Shown: piece after piece, positions 53,569 to 62,122 of the stretch
Position numbering within the stretch: position 1 is the stretch's first letter
How the letters are laid out: each line of letters opens with the position of its first letter
Source of the DNA: Candidatus Dormiibacterota bacterium
Lineage (GTDB): Bacteria > Chloroflexota > Dormibacteria > Aeolococcales > Bog-877
Direction: 5' to 3'
Assembly: GCA_027319585.1 (NCBI GenBank)
Contig: DAHVMY010000003.1
Span: 35,115-99,114 of the forward strand
DNA: 64,000 bases
Program-made: the position numbers and the translations under genes
The notes under the pieces: generated by a model
Told to the model about the DNA's origin: nothing
Databases searched by the model: none
What the model saw: only the letters and a program-made list of their open reading frames with translations

Positions 53569-54102
53569 TCATGCCCGGCCTGAAGGGTCGCGTTCGTCGT
53601 CGACCTTGACGCCCATGCCGTAGAACATCTGCAGGGCCATGGGCACGATCTGGGCCGAGTCGATGACTACGCCACGAAGATAGGCAGCGCCCTTGAGTTC
53701 ATCGAATCTGGACCCATGCAGTCGGGCCCCAGCCAGCGCGGCCTGTGAGAACTCGGCTCCCGTGAGGTCGCAATCGAACAGGCGGAGGCCGTCAATGCGC
53801 GCGGCGTAGAAGTCAGCCTCGCGCAGATCGCAGCGATCAAAGGCGATCCGGGCTCCCCTTGCCATGCGCAGCACCGCCATCTTCATCTGGCAATCCGTGA
53901 CGCGCACGTCATGAAAACTGCCATCAGGGATGGTGACCCCCAGCATGCGGCAGCCGACGAACTCGACCCGCACAAACGACGCCCCGCGGAGGATGGTGCC
54001 AGAGAGATCGCAACCGCGAAACACCGAGTCGGTGATCCTCGCCCGCTCCAGCACGGCCGAAGTGAACGTGGAGCCGATGACCTGACAGCCAGTGATCTCC
54101 AT
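53569..54102 (-). CDS. Pentapeptide-repeat protein (MfpA/Qnr-like size and C-terminus)
   Basis: There are about 25 consecutive A(D/N)LXX-type repeats ('CDLSGTILRGASFVRVEFVGCRML...CDLREADFYAARIDGLRLFDCDLTGAEF'). Start placed at ATG 54102; the upstream part of the track ORF is Pro/Gly junk. Confidence 0.7.
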   Translation of the reverse strand: MEITGCQVIGSTFTSAVLERARITDSVFRGCDLSGTILRGASFVRVEFVGCRMLGVTIPDGSFHDVRVTDCQMKMAVLRMARGARIAFDRCDLREADFYAARIDGLRLFDCDLTGAEFSQAALAGARLHGSRFDELKGAAYLRGVVIDSAQIVPMALQMFYGMGVKVDDERDPSGRA

Positions 54103-55434
54103 GCCTTCCCGGGTCTGCCCGCCGAAGTTCCCCTGGATGCTTCGCTCGATCCACTCAGTCGCGTGCGACAGCGGAGGCGGTCCATCCCAATCGCCTGACG
54201 GCGACCCCGGGTGAGGAGTGTGTGGAGGGCCGGACCCGCTTGGACTCAAGAGTCCACGCCCATCCGGCACCCGGTCCCAGACTCGTCGCAAGCCAACATG
54301 TGGGGTTGAGTCTCTCAGGTAGCCGGTGACGGCCTGCGGCCCGCACCCCGGGGCCACCGGCGGGATGGCTCTGCCGGGTGGCCCGACTCCTGCTGGCAGG
54401 GCCCCCCGCGGGGGACCATGCGGCCCCCCGGGAGCCGCCGGATCCGGGGATTGAGGGTCCCCCCGTTCCGGGGCTCTGAGATGCGCAAGGAGGCGATGTC
54501 GAGCGCCACCGTCGATCAGGATGGACCAGCGGGCGGCCCTGCAGCGCACGCCTGGGTGAGTGAGTGCTCACCTGGTGTCGGCTCCGACGAAGAGTGTGTC
54601 CCCACTGACCGCAGTTGTTCAAGCGCTCCCCTGGACCCTCTCCCCGTTACCGCTACGGCTGGGGTGAGGACAAGCCCGGTTGCGTGCCCATCAGGGACGT
54701 CGAGAACTGAAAGCCGCCCATGGAGCCGTGGGATGTGACAAGGGCATCGCCGGGTGGCAGGCGGCCGCGACCTGAGCAAGATGGTGGGAGTGGACCGGTT
54801 CCTAACGCATTTCCGACCTGGCGGAGTCCTGGTAGACCGGGGCCAGCATTGGACCTTTGGAGGATTGCCAAGTGGGCTGGACCGTCGCGCCTATCATGGC
54901 GGCCGAGTACTACCTCAAGCGCTGACCAGTCGATGTAGGGCCGGTCGGGATCGACGAGCGCTGCCACCGCTGCTCTAGGCCACACCGTGCCATCACTGTA
55001 GTCGTCGTCGCGGAGGCCGATGCGCGGGCACAGCTCAGCCTCGGCGACGATCTCATCCTGGACTTCGGCCATAGCCGAGGTTTTGCGGGACGCACTCGAT
55101 CCCGCCGGGCTGACGGAGCGGAAGGTATGCACCCTGAAGATCCGCCGCTCCCGGCAGCGGCCAGAAGGGCGTCCGTCGAACTGGTATGTCTGGTGCGACG
55201 CCATCCTGGGCTCGCTCCGGCTCAGTGAGGCGGTCCGGGCGATCGAAGCATAGCGCCAGCCGAGGCACGTCTTCGCCCACATGCCAGGTCTCTCTTGACG
55301 CGCTTCCCCAGGCCGCGAGCCGGTGGCTGGGCCAGGGTGGCTGCGGCCCAGACTGTGACTGCGGGGCCAAGGACGGTACCGAGAACGAGCCTGAGCTGTC
55401 GTGGTAGGCTCGAGCTGAGGATTAGACTTCGGGC

Positions 55435-56181
55435 ATGGCAGTTGATCTCGACGCCCTGATCCGGGCAGTTCGGACAAACCCGGAGGCTCGCGACACGCTC
55501 AGGCGTGAACTCCTCACCGAGGAGCTGTTGGGCCTGCCTGGGTTGGTCGCGCAGCTCACGGCCCGGATGGACCAGCTCACCCAGCGAGTGGACCAGCTCG
55601 GGGCCCGGATGGATCAGCTCACCCAGCGAGTGGACCAGCTCACGGCTGGGATGGAAGGGCTCACTGCTAGCCAGGCGCAAAGTGAAAAGCGGCTTGTGCG
55701 GGTGGCCAAGCAGGCGGAGCCGGCCGATGGCCGGGTGGGTGACCTCTGGGGGAAGCAGTACGAGGCACGGGCCTTGCGAACTCCCTTCCATGTGGAAGAC
55801 GCGATTGGGGCAGCCCCCGGGACGGTTAGGCCTTTGTCCGCCGCCGATCTGGAGGCACTGGTGAACCCAGCGGTCATCGCTGGGGCGTTGCCGCGCGAAG
55901 AGCGCGCCGCTCTTGGTGACGCCAACGGCATCTTCGTATGGGACCGCGGGGCCGGGTCCGCTCCAGTCTATTGCGTAGTGGAGATATCAGCCACTGGGGA
56001 TGCCCACGATGTTGAACGGGCGGCGCAGCGAGCTGCCTGGCTTGCCAAGACTGGTGTTGCCACGCGCCCAGTCGTGATGGGCGATGTGGTTGAGCCTGGG
56101 GCCCAGCCAGCCATGGACACCCAGCGCGTGGCATGGCAGCGTGTTCCGCTCAAGGGGAGCCACAAGCTCCCAACCTCCTGA
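55435..56181 (+). CDS. Hypothetical protein: N-terminal coiled coil with tandem 14-aa repeats plus a C-terminal domain with a possible PD-(D/E)XK-like core
   Basis: 248 aa. The repeat reads 'ARMDQLTQRVDQL[GT]' x2. The C-terminal 'IFVWDRG...VYCVVEISATGDAHDVERA' resembles D...E-x-[KS] nuclease-fold cores. Codon usage is slightly less GC3-biased than in neighbouring genes. Confidence 0.6.
   Translation: MAVDLDALIRAVRTNPEARDTLRRELLTEELLGLPGLVAQLTARMDQLTQRVDQLGARMDQLTQRVDQLTAGMEGLTASQAQSEKRLVRVAKQAEPADGRVGDLWGKQYEARALRTPFHVEDAIGAAPGTVRPLSAADLEALVNPAVIAGALPREERAALGDANGIFVWDRGAGSAPVYCVVEISATGDAHDVERAAQRAAWLAKTGVATRPVVMGDVVEPGAQPAMDTQRVAWQRVPLKGSHKLPTS
55561..55644 (+). repeat. Tandem direct repeat, 2 x 42 bp (plus a degenerate third unit to about 55665) inside the coiled-coil gene
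   Basis: Units 55561-55602 and 55603-55644 are identical at 38 of the first 39 positions (gac/gat). Each encodes ARMDQLTQRVDQL[G/T]. Confidence 0.85.
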
Positions 56182-56478
56182 TCCAGGTCGAACGGCTGGG
56201 CTGCTGGGGCGCATGGCTACCCTTTCCCGTTCCGCCGTCATCCGGGGGAGAGCGCCGCTACCCTGCTCCTGGGCCAAGGGGTGCATCCTAAGGTCGTCGC
56301 CGATCTCCTGGGGCATGCGACGGTCACGATCACCGTGGATCGGTATTCTCATGTGGCCATGGCGATGCACCAGGAAGGGACGGATGCCCTCGAAGCGGTC
56401 CTGGAGGACCAGCACATTTCTTGGGTTGGATCAACGGCTGGATCAAGCTTCCCGGAGTCACGGCCAGAATCGGAGTGA
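56182..56478 (+). pseudogene. Tyrosine recombinase (phage integrase family) C-terminal fragment
   Basis: 'FRRHPGESAATLLLGQGVHPKVVADLLGHATVTITVDRYSHV' matches the box II region (HxxR...LGH...Y) with the catalytic Tyr. No N-terminal or core-binding part is present. It ends 22 nt before tRNA-Ser. Confidence 0.65.
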
Positions 56479-56499
56479 TCTGATCTCAAATTTCCCTCT

Positions 56500-56589
56500 G
56501 GAGGGATGGCAGAGCGGTCGATTGCGGCGGTCTTGAAAACCGCTGAGGCGGCAACGCTTCCGGGGGTTCGAATCCCTCTCCCTCCGCCA
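56500..56589 (+). tRNA. tRNA-Ser (anticodon UGA), long variable arm, CCA encoded
   Basis: The acceptor stem GGAGGGA/TCCCTCC pairs. The anticodon stem-loop is GCGGT-CTTGAAA-ACCGC. A long variable arm is present, the T-loop is GGGGGTTCGAATCCCTC, and the 3' end is GCCA. Confidence 0.9.
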
Positions 56590-56600
56590 TCACCACGCGC

Positions 56601-57845
56601 TCACTGCCCTTCCAGCCGTCCGTCCTCGGCGGGAGATCGTGGCAGAGGATCGTCCGGTCGCGGAGTGGACCCACTCGACGGGCCTGACCTGGTGGTCGCC
56701 GCCCGGTACTCCTGACGGCGGCGCGTGGCCTTCAGGAGGCGTTCCCGCTCTTGACTGGGTGCCCGGTGCGGGGGGCGCAGGGGTACTATCGACGATTCCA
56801 ACCGGCCGCGGCGCGACCCGGACCATGGCCCAGGCGGAGCGTCGATCATGGCCGCCATCTGGTACGCGATAGCCTCGTAGTTCACCCGCCAGCCACGGAA
56901 GTGTGGCCAGGCTTGGATGACGGTGCGCTCAGGAGTCCAGCCCACGGTCACGATGCGAGAGACTGCCTCCTCGAACTCCGCGACGGTAAGCTCCACCGGG
57001 TCATCCGGCATGGGGTCTTCGCGGTAGGGAATCCCGCTCACCCGTGCCAACGAGCGCAGGCACACGATGCCCATGCGAAGAAAGGGCCGGGCGGAGGCCG
57101 GCGCGGTCAGAGGGTTGAGCGCGAGCTGCATCGCGGCCGCGTCCATGCAGGCGAGCAGCGCCAAGACCCACGAAGTGCGCGGCTCCGGCGAGCGAAAATA
57201 GAGAAGCGTCGAGTAGCTGGTATGGCTCTCCGTGATGTCGGCCGCCCACTGTTCCCAGTCGTGGTAGAGGGAGGCCAGATGGTCCTGATTGTCGATCAGG
57301 GCGTGGCGCGCCAGGATCTCCGGCCCCCACGGGGGGGATCCGCTGCTGCTGTCGAGCATGGTCACCAGCGTCTCGCGCCGATTGAATGAGCTGTATAGGC
57401 TCGGTAGATAGGAGATCTGCAACGCCACCACGATCACTCCCGCCGCCGACTCCAGGAACGCGATGGCGGTCTCCACGCCTGAGCGGGCGTGGGTCAGGCC
57501 CAGCGGCAGGATCGAGGAGGCGCTGAGTCGCGTCGCCCCCGCCAGGTCCCCCGTCCCCGATCCCCAAAAGAGCAGTGTGAACCCGCCGACCAGCAGCCCT
57601 ATCCACACCACCAGGCGCAGCACCAGAAACAGCGGCGCCCCCTGGGCCAGGATCTCGTCCCGCCCCAAGAAATCGCGGCGGGTCCTGGCCAGCTGGCCCA
57701 GACCGCCCTGGACTATCCGTGCCAAGGCGGCGGAGATACGCGAGGACGTGGCCCGGGGCACGATCACCGTCTGCACCACGCTGCCCAGGGTGCCGACGGT
57801 GACGGTCAGCCCAGCCAGCAGGGCCAGAACGCGCAGAAACTCCAC
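56601..57845 (-). CDS. Hypothetical membrane protein (414 aa)
   Basis: It has N-terminal TM helices and a conserved-looking soluble region. No family was recognised. Confidence 0.6.
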   Translation of the reverse strand: MEFLRVLALLAGLTVTVGTLGSVVQTVIVPRATSSRISAALARIVQGGLGQLARTRRDFLGRDEILAQGAPLFLVLRLVVWIGLLVGGFTLLFWGSGTGDLAGATRLSASSILPLGLTHARSGVETAIAFLESAAGVIVVALQISYLPSLYSSFNRRETLVTMLDSSSGSPPWGPEILARHALIDNQDHLASLYHDWEQWAADITESHTSYSTLLYFRSPEPRTSWVLALLACMDAAAMQLALNPLTAPASARPFLRMGIVCLRSLARVSGIPYREDPMPDDPVELTVAEFEEAVSRIVTVGWTPERTVIQAWPHFRGWRVNYEAIAYQMAAMIDAPPGPWSGSRRGRLESSIVPLRPPHRAPSQERERLLKATRRRQEYRAATTRSGPSSGSTPRPDDPLPRSPAEDGRLEGQ

Positions 57846-57984
57846 CGCCTAACCATCTCACAGATCCAGACAGATCCTAGGGTCATGCCGGTGTCCAATC
57901 GGGAGCGCCTCTTGACATCGGCTCGGATCACAGTCGACGATGCCCAAGAACTGGGCGTGGGCGGGGTGGTCAGGAGGTGTACGG

Positions 57985-58779
57985 GTGAGCGTGGCTGACC
58001 GAATCCGTGAGTTTTGGGACCAGGACGCAACCACCTATGACCTTGACGCGGGCCATCACCCAACCTCCGCCTTGGTACGGGCCGCCTGGCGAGCAGCCCT
58101 TCAGGATCTACTTCCTCCGGAGTCGGCCAGGGTGCTGGACGTCGGTGCCGGCACCGGCTTCATCAGCCTGCTGTTAGCGGAGCTCGGCCATCGGGTCACG
58201 GCGGTCGACGTCTCATCGGGGATGCTGGGGCGACTGCGGGCGAAGGCGGAGGCGGCTCATCTCATGGTCGAGGCGATCCGGGCCGACGCCACCATGGTGC
58301 CAGCCGGACCCTTCGACGTCATCGTCTCCAGGCATCTTCTGTGGACGCTGGTGGATCCCCTGGAGGCGCTGCGCAGGTGGCGGGCCGTGGCTCCAGAGGG
58401 AGGCCTGGTGCTCATCGACCGCACCGTTTCAGATCGGGGAGTGACCCAGTCGCTGCGAAAGATAGGTCATCGGGCCCTCGATCTGGTCCGCAGCCGTCCC
58501 CCCGCCCACCATGCCAGCTACGACGCGGAGGTCCTGAGAGCGCTTCCTCTGGCACAGGGTTCCGGACCTGAGGTGATCGTTAGGCTGGTGACCCGAGCCG
58601 GCTGGACCGGGGCGGAGATCCGGCGGCTTCACGATGTCGACTGGGCGATCGCTCAAGAGCAGCCACTCCTGGACCGGCTGGTGAGTGACGGCGCACACTT
58701 CGCGGTGCAGGCGCACGCCCGGTCCCGCGCCAGGGCGGTCGATTCGGAAGACAGAGGCCAACTCCCGGCCGGCGCGTGA
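57985..58779 (+). CDS. Class I SAM-dependent methyltransferase
   Basis: GTG 57985 has GGAGG 7 nt upstream. Motif I is 'VLDVGAGTGFIS'. Confidence 0.8.
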   Translation: MSVADRIREFWDQDATTYDLDAGHHPTSALVRAAWRAALQDLLPPESARVLDVGAGTGFISLLLAELGHRVTAVDVSSGMLGRLRAKAEAAHLMVEAIRADATMVPAGPFDVIVSRHLLWTLVDPLEALRRWRAVAPEGGLVLIDRTVSDRGVTQSLRKIGHRALDLVRSRPPAHHASYDAEVLRALPLAQGSGPEVIVRLVTRAGWTGAEIRRLHDVDWAIAQEQPLLDRLVSDGAHFAVQAHARSRARAVDSEDRGQLPAGA

Positions 58780-59043
58780 GGCGTTGGCCCCGGTCGCACC
58801 GGAAACTCCCCCCAAATGCCGCCGGGTTCTCGATCACGGCACCGGCCGGGCCCGGACGAGCCCGCGGCCCGATCAGCTTGCCTGACCGGCCACCGCCAGT
58901 GGGGGCGCCGATGGCAGGTGATGTCGGGCCCAGCGGGGCCGCTGCAGACGTGACCACGCCCGATCCCATAGAACTCCCATGCACTCGTTCGCGCACGCCC
59001 TGGTTCATTGCCCAGGTGCCCAGCCGACCGCTGCCCGGGCCGC

Positions 59044-61761
59044 TCAAGCTGAAAGGCGCTTGGCCCCAACCGGCCACGGCGGGATGGGAGCTGCGATTCG
59101 CGCTCTGTGGTCGACAACATGGGCCCCACTCTGAGTCAAGATCACCGGGTTGCACTCAATCTCCGCCAGCGCCGAATGGTCCTCGGCTAGTGCCGCCAGG
59201 CGCACGATGACGTCCACGGCTGCATCCAAGTCCACCGGGGGCGCCCCTCTGAAACCGACGAGCAGGGGATAGGTGGTCAGCTCCTCCAACATCTCCCGCG
59301 CCTGGGTCGGCCCGACTGGTGCCAGACGGATGGAGGTGTCATGGAGGAGTTCCACCGCAGTGCCTCCGGCGCCACAGGCGACCACCGTGCCGAACTGATC
59401 GTCCCGCACCGCCCCGACCAAGAGCTCCACCCCGCGTTCCATCTGGTGTTGGACTACGAATCCCGCCACCCGGTGCCCGGCGGTCCCCAGTCGCGTTGCC
59501 ATCTCCGCAGCGGCGTCAGACACCTCGTCCGCATTGTTGAGTCCCATGGCCACCGCGCCCAGCTCGGTCTTGTGGAGGATGGTTGGGCCATGGGCCTTCA
59601 CCACCACGGGGTACCCCAGCTCCTCAGCGGACTGGGCGGCAGCCTCGGGGCTGTCAGCCCAAGCGGTGGGCGCGGTGGGAATCTCGTATGCAGACAGGAG
59701 GCGCTCCGTCTCCGCTGGGTTCAGCCAGCTGTCGCCTCGACGCAGCCAGCTCGATATCGCCGCCGCCGCGGCGATCCTGTCGCCGATGCCGACGGGGCGG
59801 TCCACGCCTGGTTGGGGCCTTGATCTCCACTGGCTCAACTTCAGAGCCGCGCCCAGGGCACGAGCCGGGTTCTCGGGAAACGGATAGGAGGGGACCTGGA
59901 CGCCGGGGGAGCGCAGTTGCGCCGGAACTCCCGCACTGGTCATGAATACGGTGAGCAGCGGGAAGGGCCGTGGCAGCTCGGCCGCCGAGTCCCGGATCGC
60001 CGCGGCCACATCCTCGGCTCTGGTGACCAGCGGCGGAGTGAAGATCACGATGAGAGCGTCGACTGCCGGATCCGCCGCCACCACCTCGATTGTGCGTCGA
60101 TAGTCATCAGCGCTGGCGCTCGCGATCATGTCCACAGGATTCCCCGTGGCCGCTTCCGGAGGCAGGAAAGCGTGCAGACGGGAGCGCGTGGGCTCTGCCA
60201 GCTCCGCAACCTGCAATCCGTTGGCCTCACACGCATCCGCGCAGAGGATCGCCGGCCCGCCGGCGTTGGTGATGATCGCCACTCTGGGCCCGCCGGGGAG
60301 CGGTTGGGTCGCCAGCAGCGAGAGAAGGTCGAACATGTCCGACAGCGTCTCCGTGCGCATCACGCCGGTCTGGCGAAAGAGGGCGTCGATCGTGGAGTCC
60401 GAGGACGCCACCAGCGACGCGGTGTGGGAGGCGGCGGCTCTGGCCCCGGCTTTGCCACGGCCGCTGCGCACCGCCACGATCGGTTTGCTCTTCGACACCC
60501 GACCGGCTATCTGGGCGAACTTGCGGGGATTGCCGAATGACTCCAGGTAGAGCGCGATCAGGGCGGTCCTGGGGTCACGCTCCCAGAAGCTGAGCAGGTC
60601 ATTGCCCGAGATGTCCGCCTTGTTCCCCACCGACACAAAGCTGCTGAGCCCGATCCCCAGGGCGCGTGTGCTGTCGATGATCGCCAGCCCCAGGGCACCA
60701 CTCTGGGATAGGAAGCCAACCGTTCCCGGCAGGGGCATGCTGGGCGCGAACGTGGCATTCAGGCTCACCTCGTCGGACGTGTTGATCGCGCCCATGCAGT
60801 TGGGCCCGACCAGCCTCATCCCCGAGTCGTTGCAGATCCGCAGCAGTTCGGCCTGGCGCGCCTGCCCCGCGCCCCCAGCTTCGGCGAAGCCCGCGGAGAT
60901 CACCACCAGGGCTCGTACTTCCTTCTTAGCACACTCTCGAGCGACCTCCAGCACGACCGCAGCAGGAACCGAAACCACGGCGAGGTCGAGCGGTCCCGGA
61001 ATGTCCAGCACCGACGCGTACGCGGGTACCGACTGGATTACCGTCGCCTTCGGGTTGACCGGGTAGACGGGACCGTTGAAGCCTGCCTCCAACAGGTTGT
61101 GGAAGATCTCGCCGCCGATGGTCCCCCGTTCTCGGCTGGCCCCTATCACAGCCACCGAGGCGGGGCTGAGCACGGCCGCCACCGCCGCGGCCGCGGCGGT
61201 CTCCTCCCGATCGAGGTAGTGCCGGACGGCATCAGGAGTCATCTCGGTGGGGAACTCGACGGCCACGGTTCCCGGCTCGGAGTCGGTGGTGACCGCAAAG
61301 CCGCTGTGGGAGAAGACGTCCAGCATTGCGGAGTTCTCCGGCAGCACGGTCGCCTCAAACAATTCGATCCCGCTGGCGTGCGCCGCTTGCGCCATCTGGG
61401 CGAGCAGGATTGACGCGATCCCCAGGCCCTGAAACCGCTCTGCGACCGTGAACGCGACCTCGGCGCGGCCAGAGCCGGTGCGCACGCAGAGCCCGTGCGC
61501 CACTGGGTGCGGAGGAGCCCCCTGAAGTGCCAGCAGGCCGAAGGCGTGACGGCCATCGACCTGAACCAACAGCTCCGCGGTGCGCGGGATGTCCACAGCG
61601 CCGGAGAAGAACCTGGTCGCCAGCGAATCGGGGGACAGCCCTCGCAGGAGCTCCTCGACCAGGGGTCCGTCACCGGGCGTGACCGGGCGGAGGTGGACGG
61701 TGGAGCCGTCGCGAAGGACGATGTCGTTCTCCACCAGGGTGACTGCGGAGTCAGCGATCAT
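59044..61761 (-). CDS. Pat-type protein acetyltransferase: N-terminal GNAT + NDP-forming acyl-CoA synthetase-like region (CoA-binding, ligase-CoA, ATP-grasp)
   Basis: Start at ATG 61761. The GNAT reads 'RFQGLGIASILL'. CoA binding reads 'SVAVIGASRERGTIGGEI'. An ATP-grasp C-terminus is present. The track extension to 62079 is rejected. Confidence 0.85.
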   Translation of the reverse strand: MIADSAVTLVENDIVLRDGSTVHLRPVTPGDGPLVEELLRGLSPDSLATRFFSGAVDIPRTAELLVQVDGRHAFGLLALQGAPPHPVAHGLCVRTGSGRAEVAFTVAERFQGLGIASILLAQMAQAAHASGIELFEATVLPENSAMLDVFSHSGFAVTTDSEPGTVAVEFPTEMTPDAVRHYLDREETAAAAAVAAVLSPASVAVIGASRERGTIGGEIFHNLLEAGFNGPVYPVNPKATVIQSVPAYASVLDIPGPLDLAVVSVPAAVVLEVARECAKKEVRALVVISAGFAEAGGAGQARQAELLRICNDSGMRLVGPNCMGAINTSDEVSLNATFAPSMPLPGTVGFLSQSGALGLAIIDSTRALGIGLSSFVSVGNKADISGNDLLSFWERDPRTALIALYLESFGNPRKFAQIAGRVSKSKPIVAVRSGRGKAGARAAASHTASLVASSDSTIDALFRQTGVMRTETLSDMFDLLSLLATQPLPGGPRVAIITNAGGPAILCADACEANGLQVAELAEPTRSRLHAFLPPEAATGNPVDMIASASADDYRRTIEVVAADPAVDALIVIFTPPLVTRAEDVAAAIRDSAAELPRPFPLLTVFMTSAGVPAQLRSPGVQVPSYPFPENPARALGAALKLSQWRSRPQPGVDRPVGIGDRIAAAAAISSWLRRGDSWLNPAETERLLSAYEIPTAPTAWADSPEAAAQSAEELGYPVVVKAHGPTILHKTELGAVAMGLNNADEVSDAAAEMATRLGTAGHRVAGFVVQHQMERGVELLVGAVRDDQFGTVVACGAGGTAVELLHDTSIRLAPVGPTQAREMLEELTTYPLLVGFRGAPPVDLDAAVDVIVRLAALAEDHSALAEIECNPVILTQSGAHVVDHRARIAAPIPPWPVGAKRLSA

Positions 61762-62122
61762 CGGGTGCCATTGTCGCAAGTGGGACTCCGCCAGCGACCC
61801 GATGATTCCACGCTGCGGTGGTGGCGTGATCAGCGCATCGCCCGCCTCCTCATGGTCGCCTGCAGCTGCAGTTGATCCGGGTGGCCGGGCGTGCGCCCCC
61901 ATGAGCGATCGCAGCCCGAGGAGGCGACGCGGGCACGCGGGCCCCCGTGGATCGGGGGGGTCGCCAGGGGTCCTGCCTCCGCCCCGTTCGCATTGACCCG
62001 GGCTGGCTTCGTCCGTGGGCTCGGTGGCCCGGGCGCGCCCGGTGCGGTCACCAACCGCCTCTCGGGCCGCCCGGAGCACGCCGGACCCCCTTGGCAGTCT
62101 CCGGCTGCCCGGGGCGGAGAAA

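Noticed and set aside
56182-56478. Intact integrase gene next to tRNA-Ser
   Set aside because: Only the last 100 or so residues (box II) are present. The frame is closed by a TGA at 56179 and nothing resembling the N-terminal SAM-like or core-binding domains lies upstream. It is called a pseudogene fragment.
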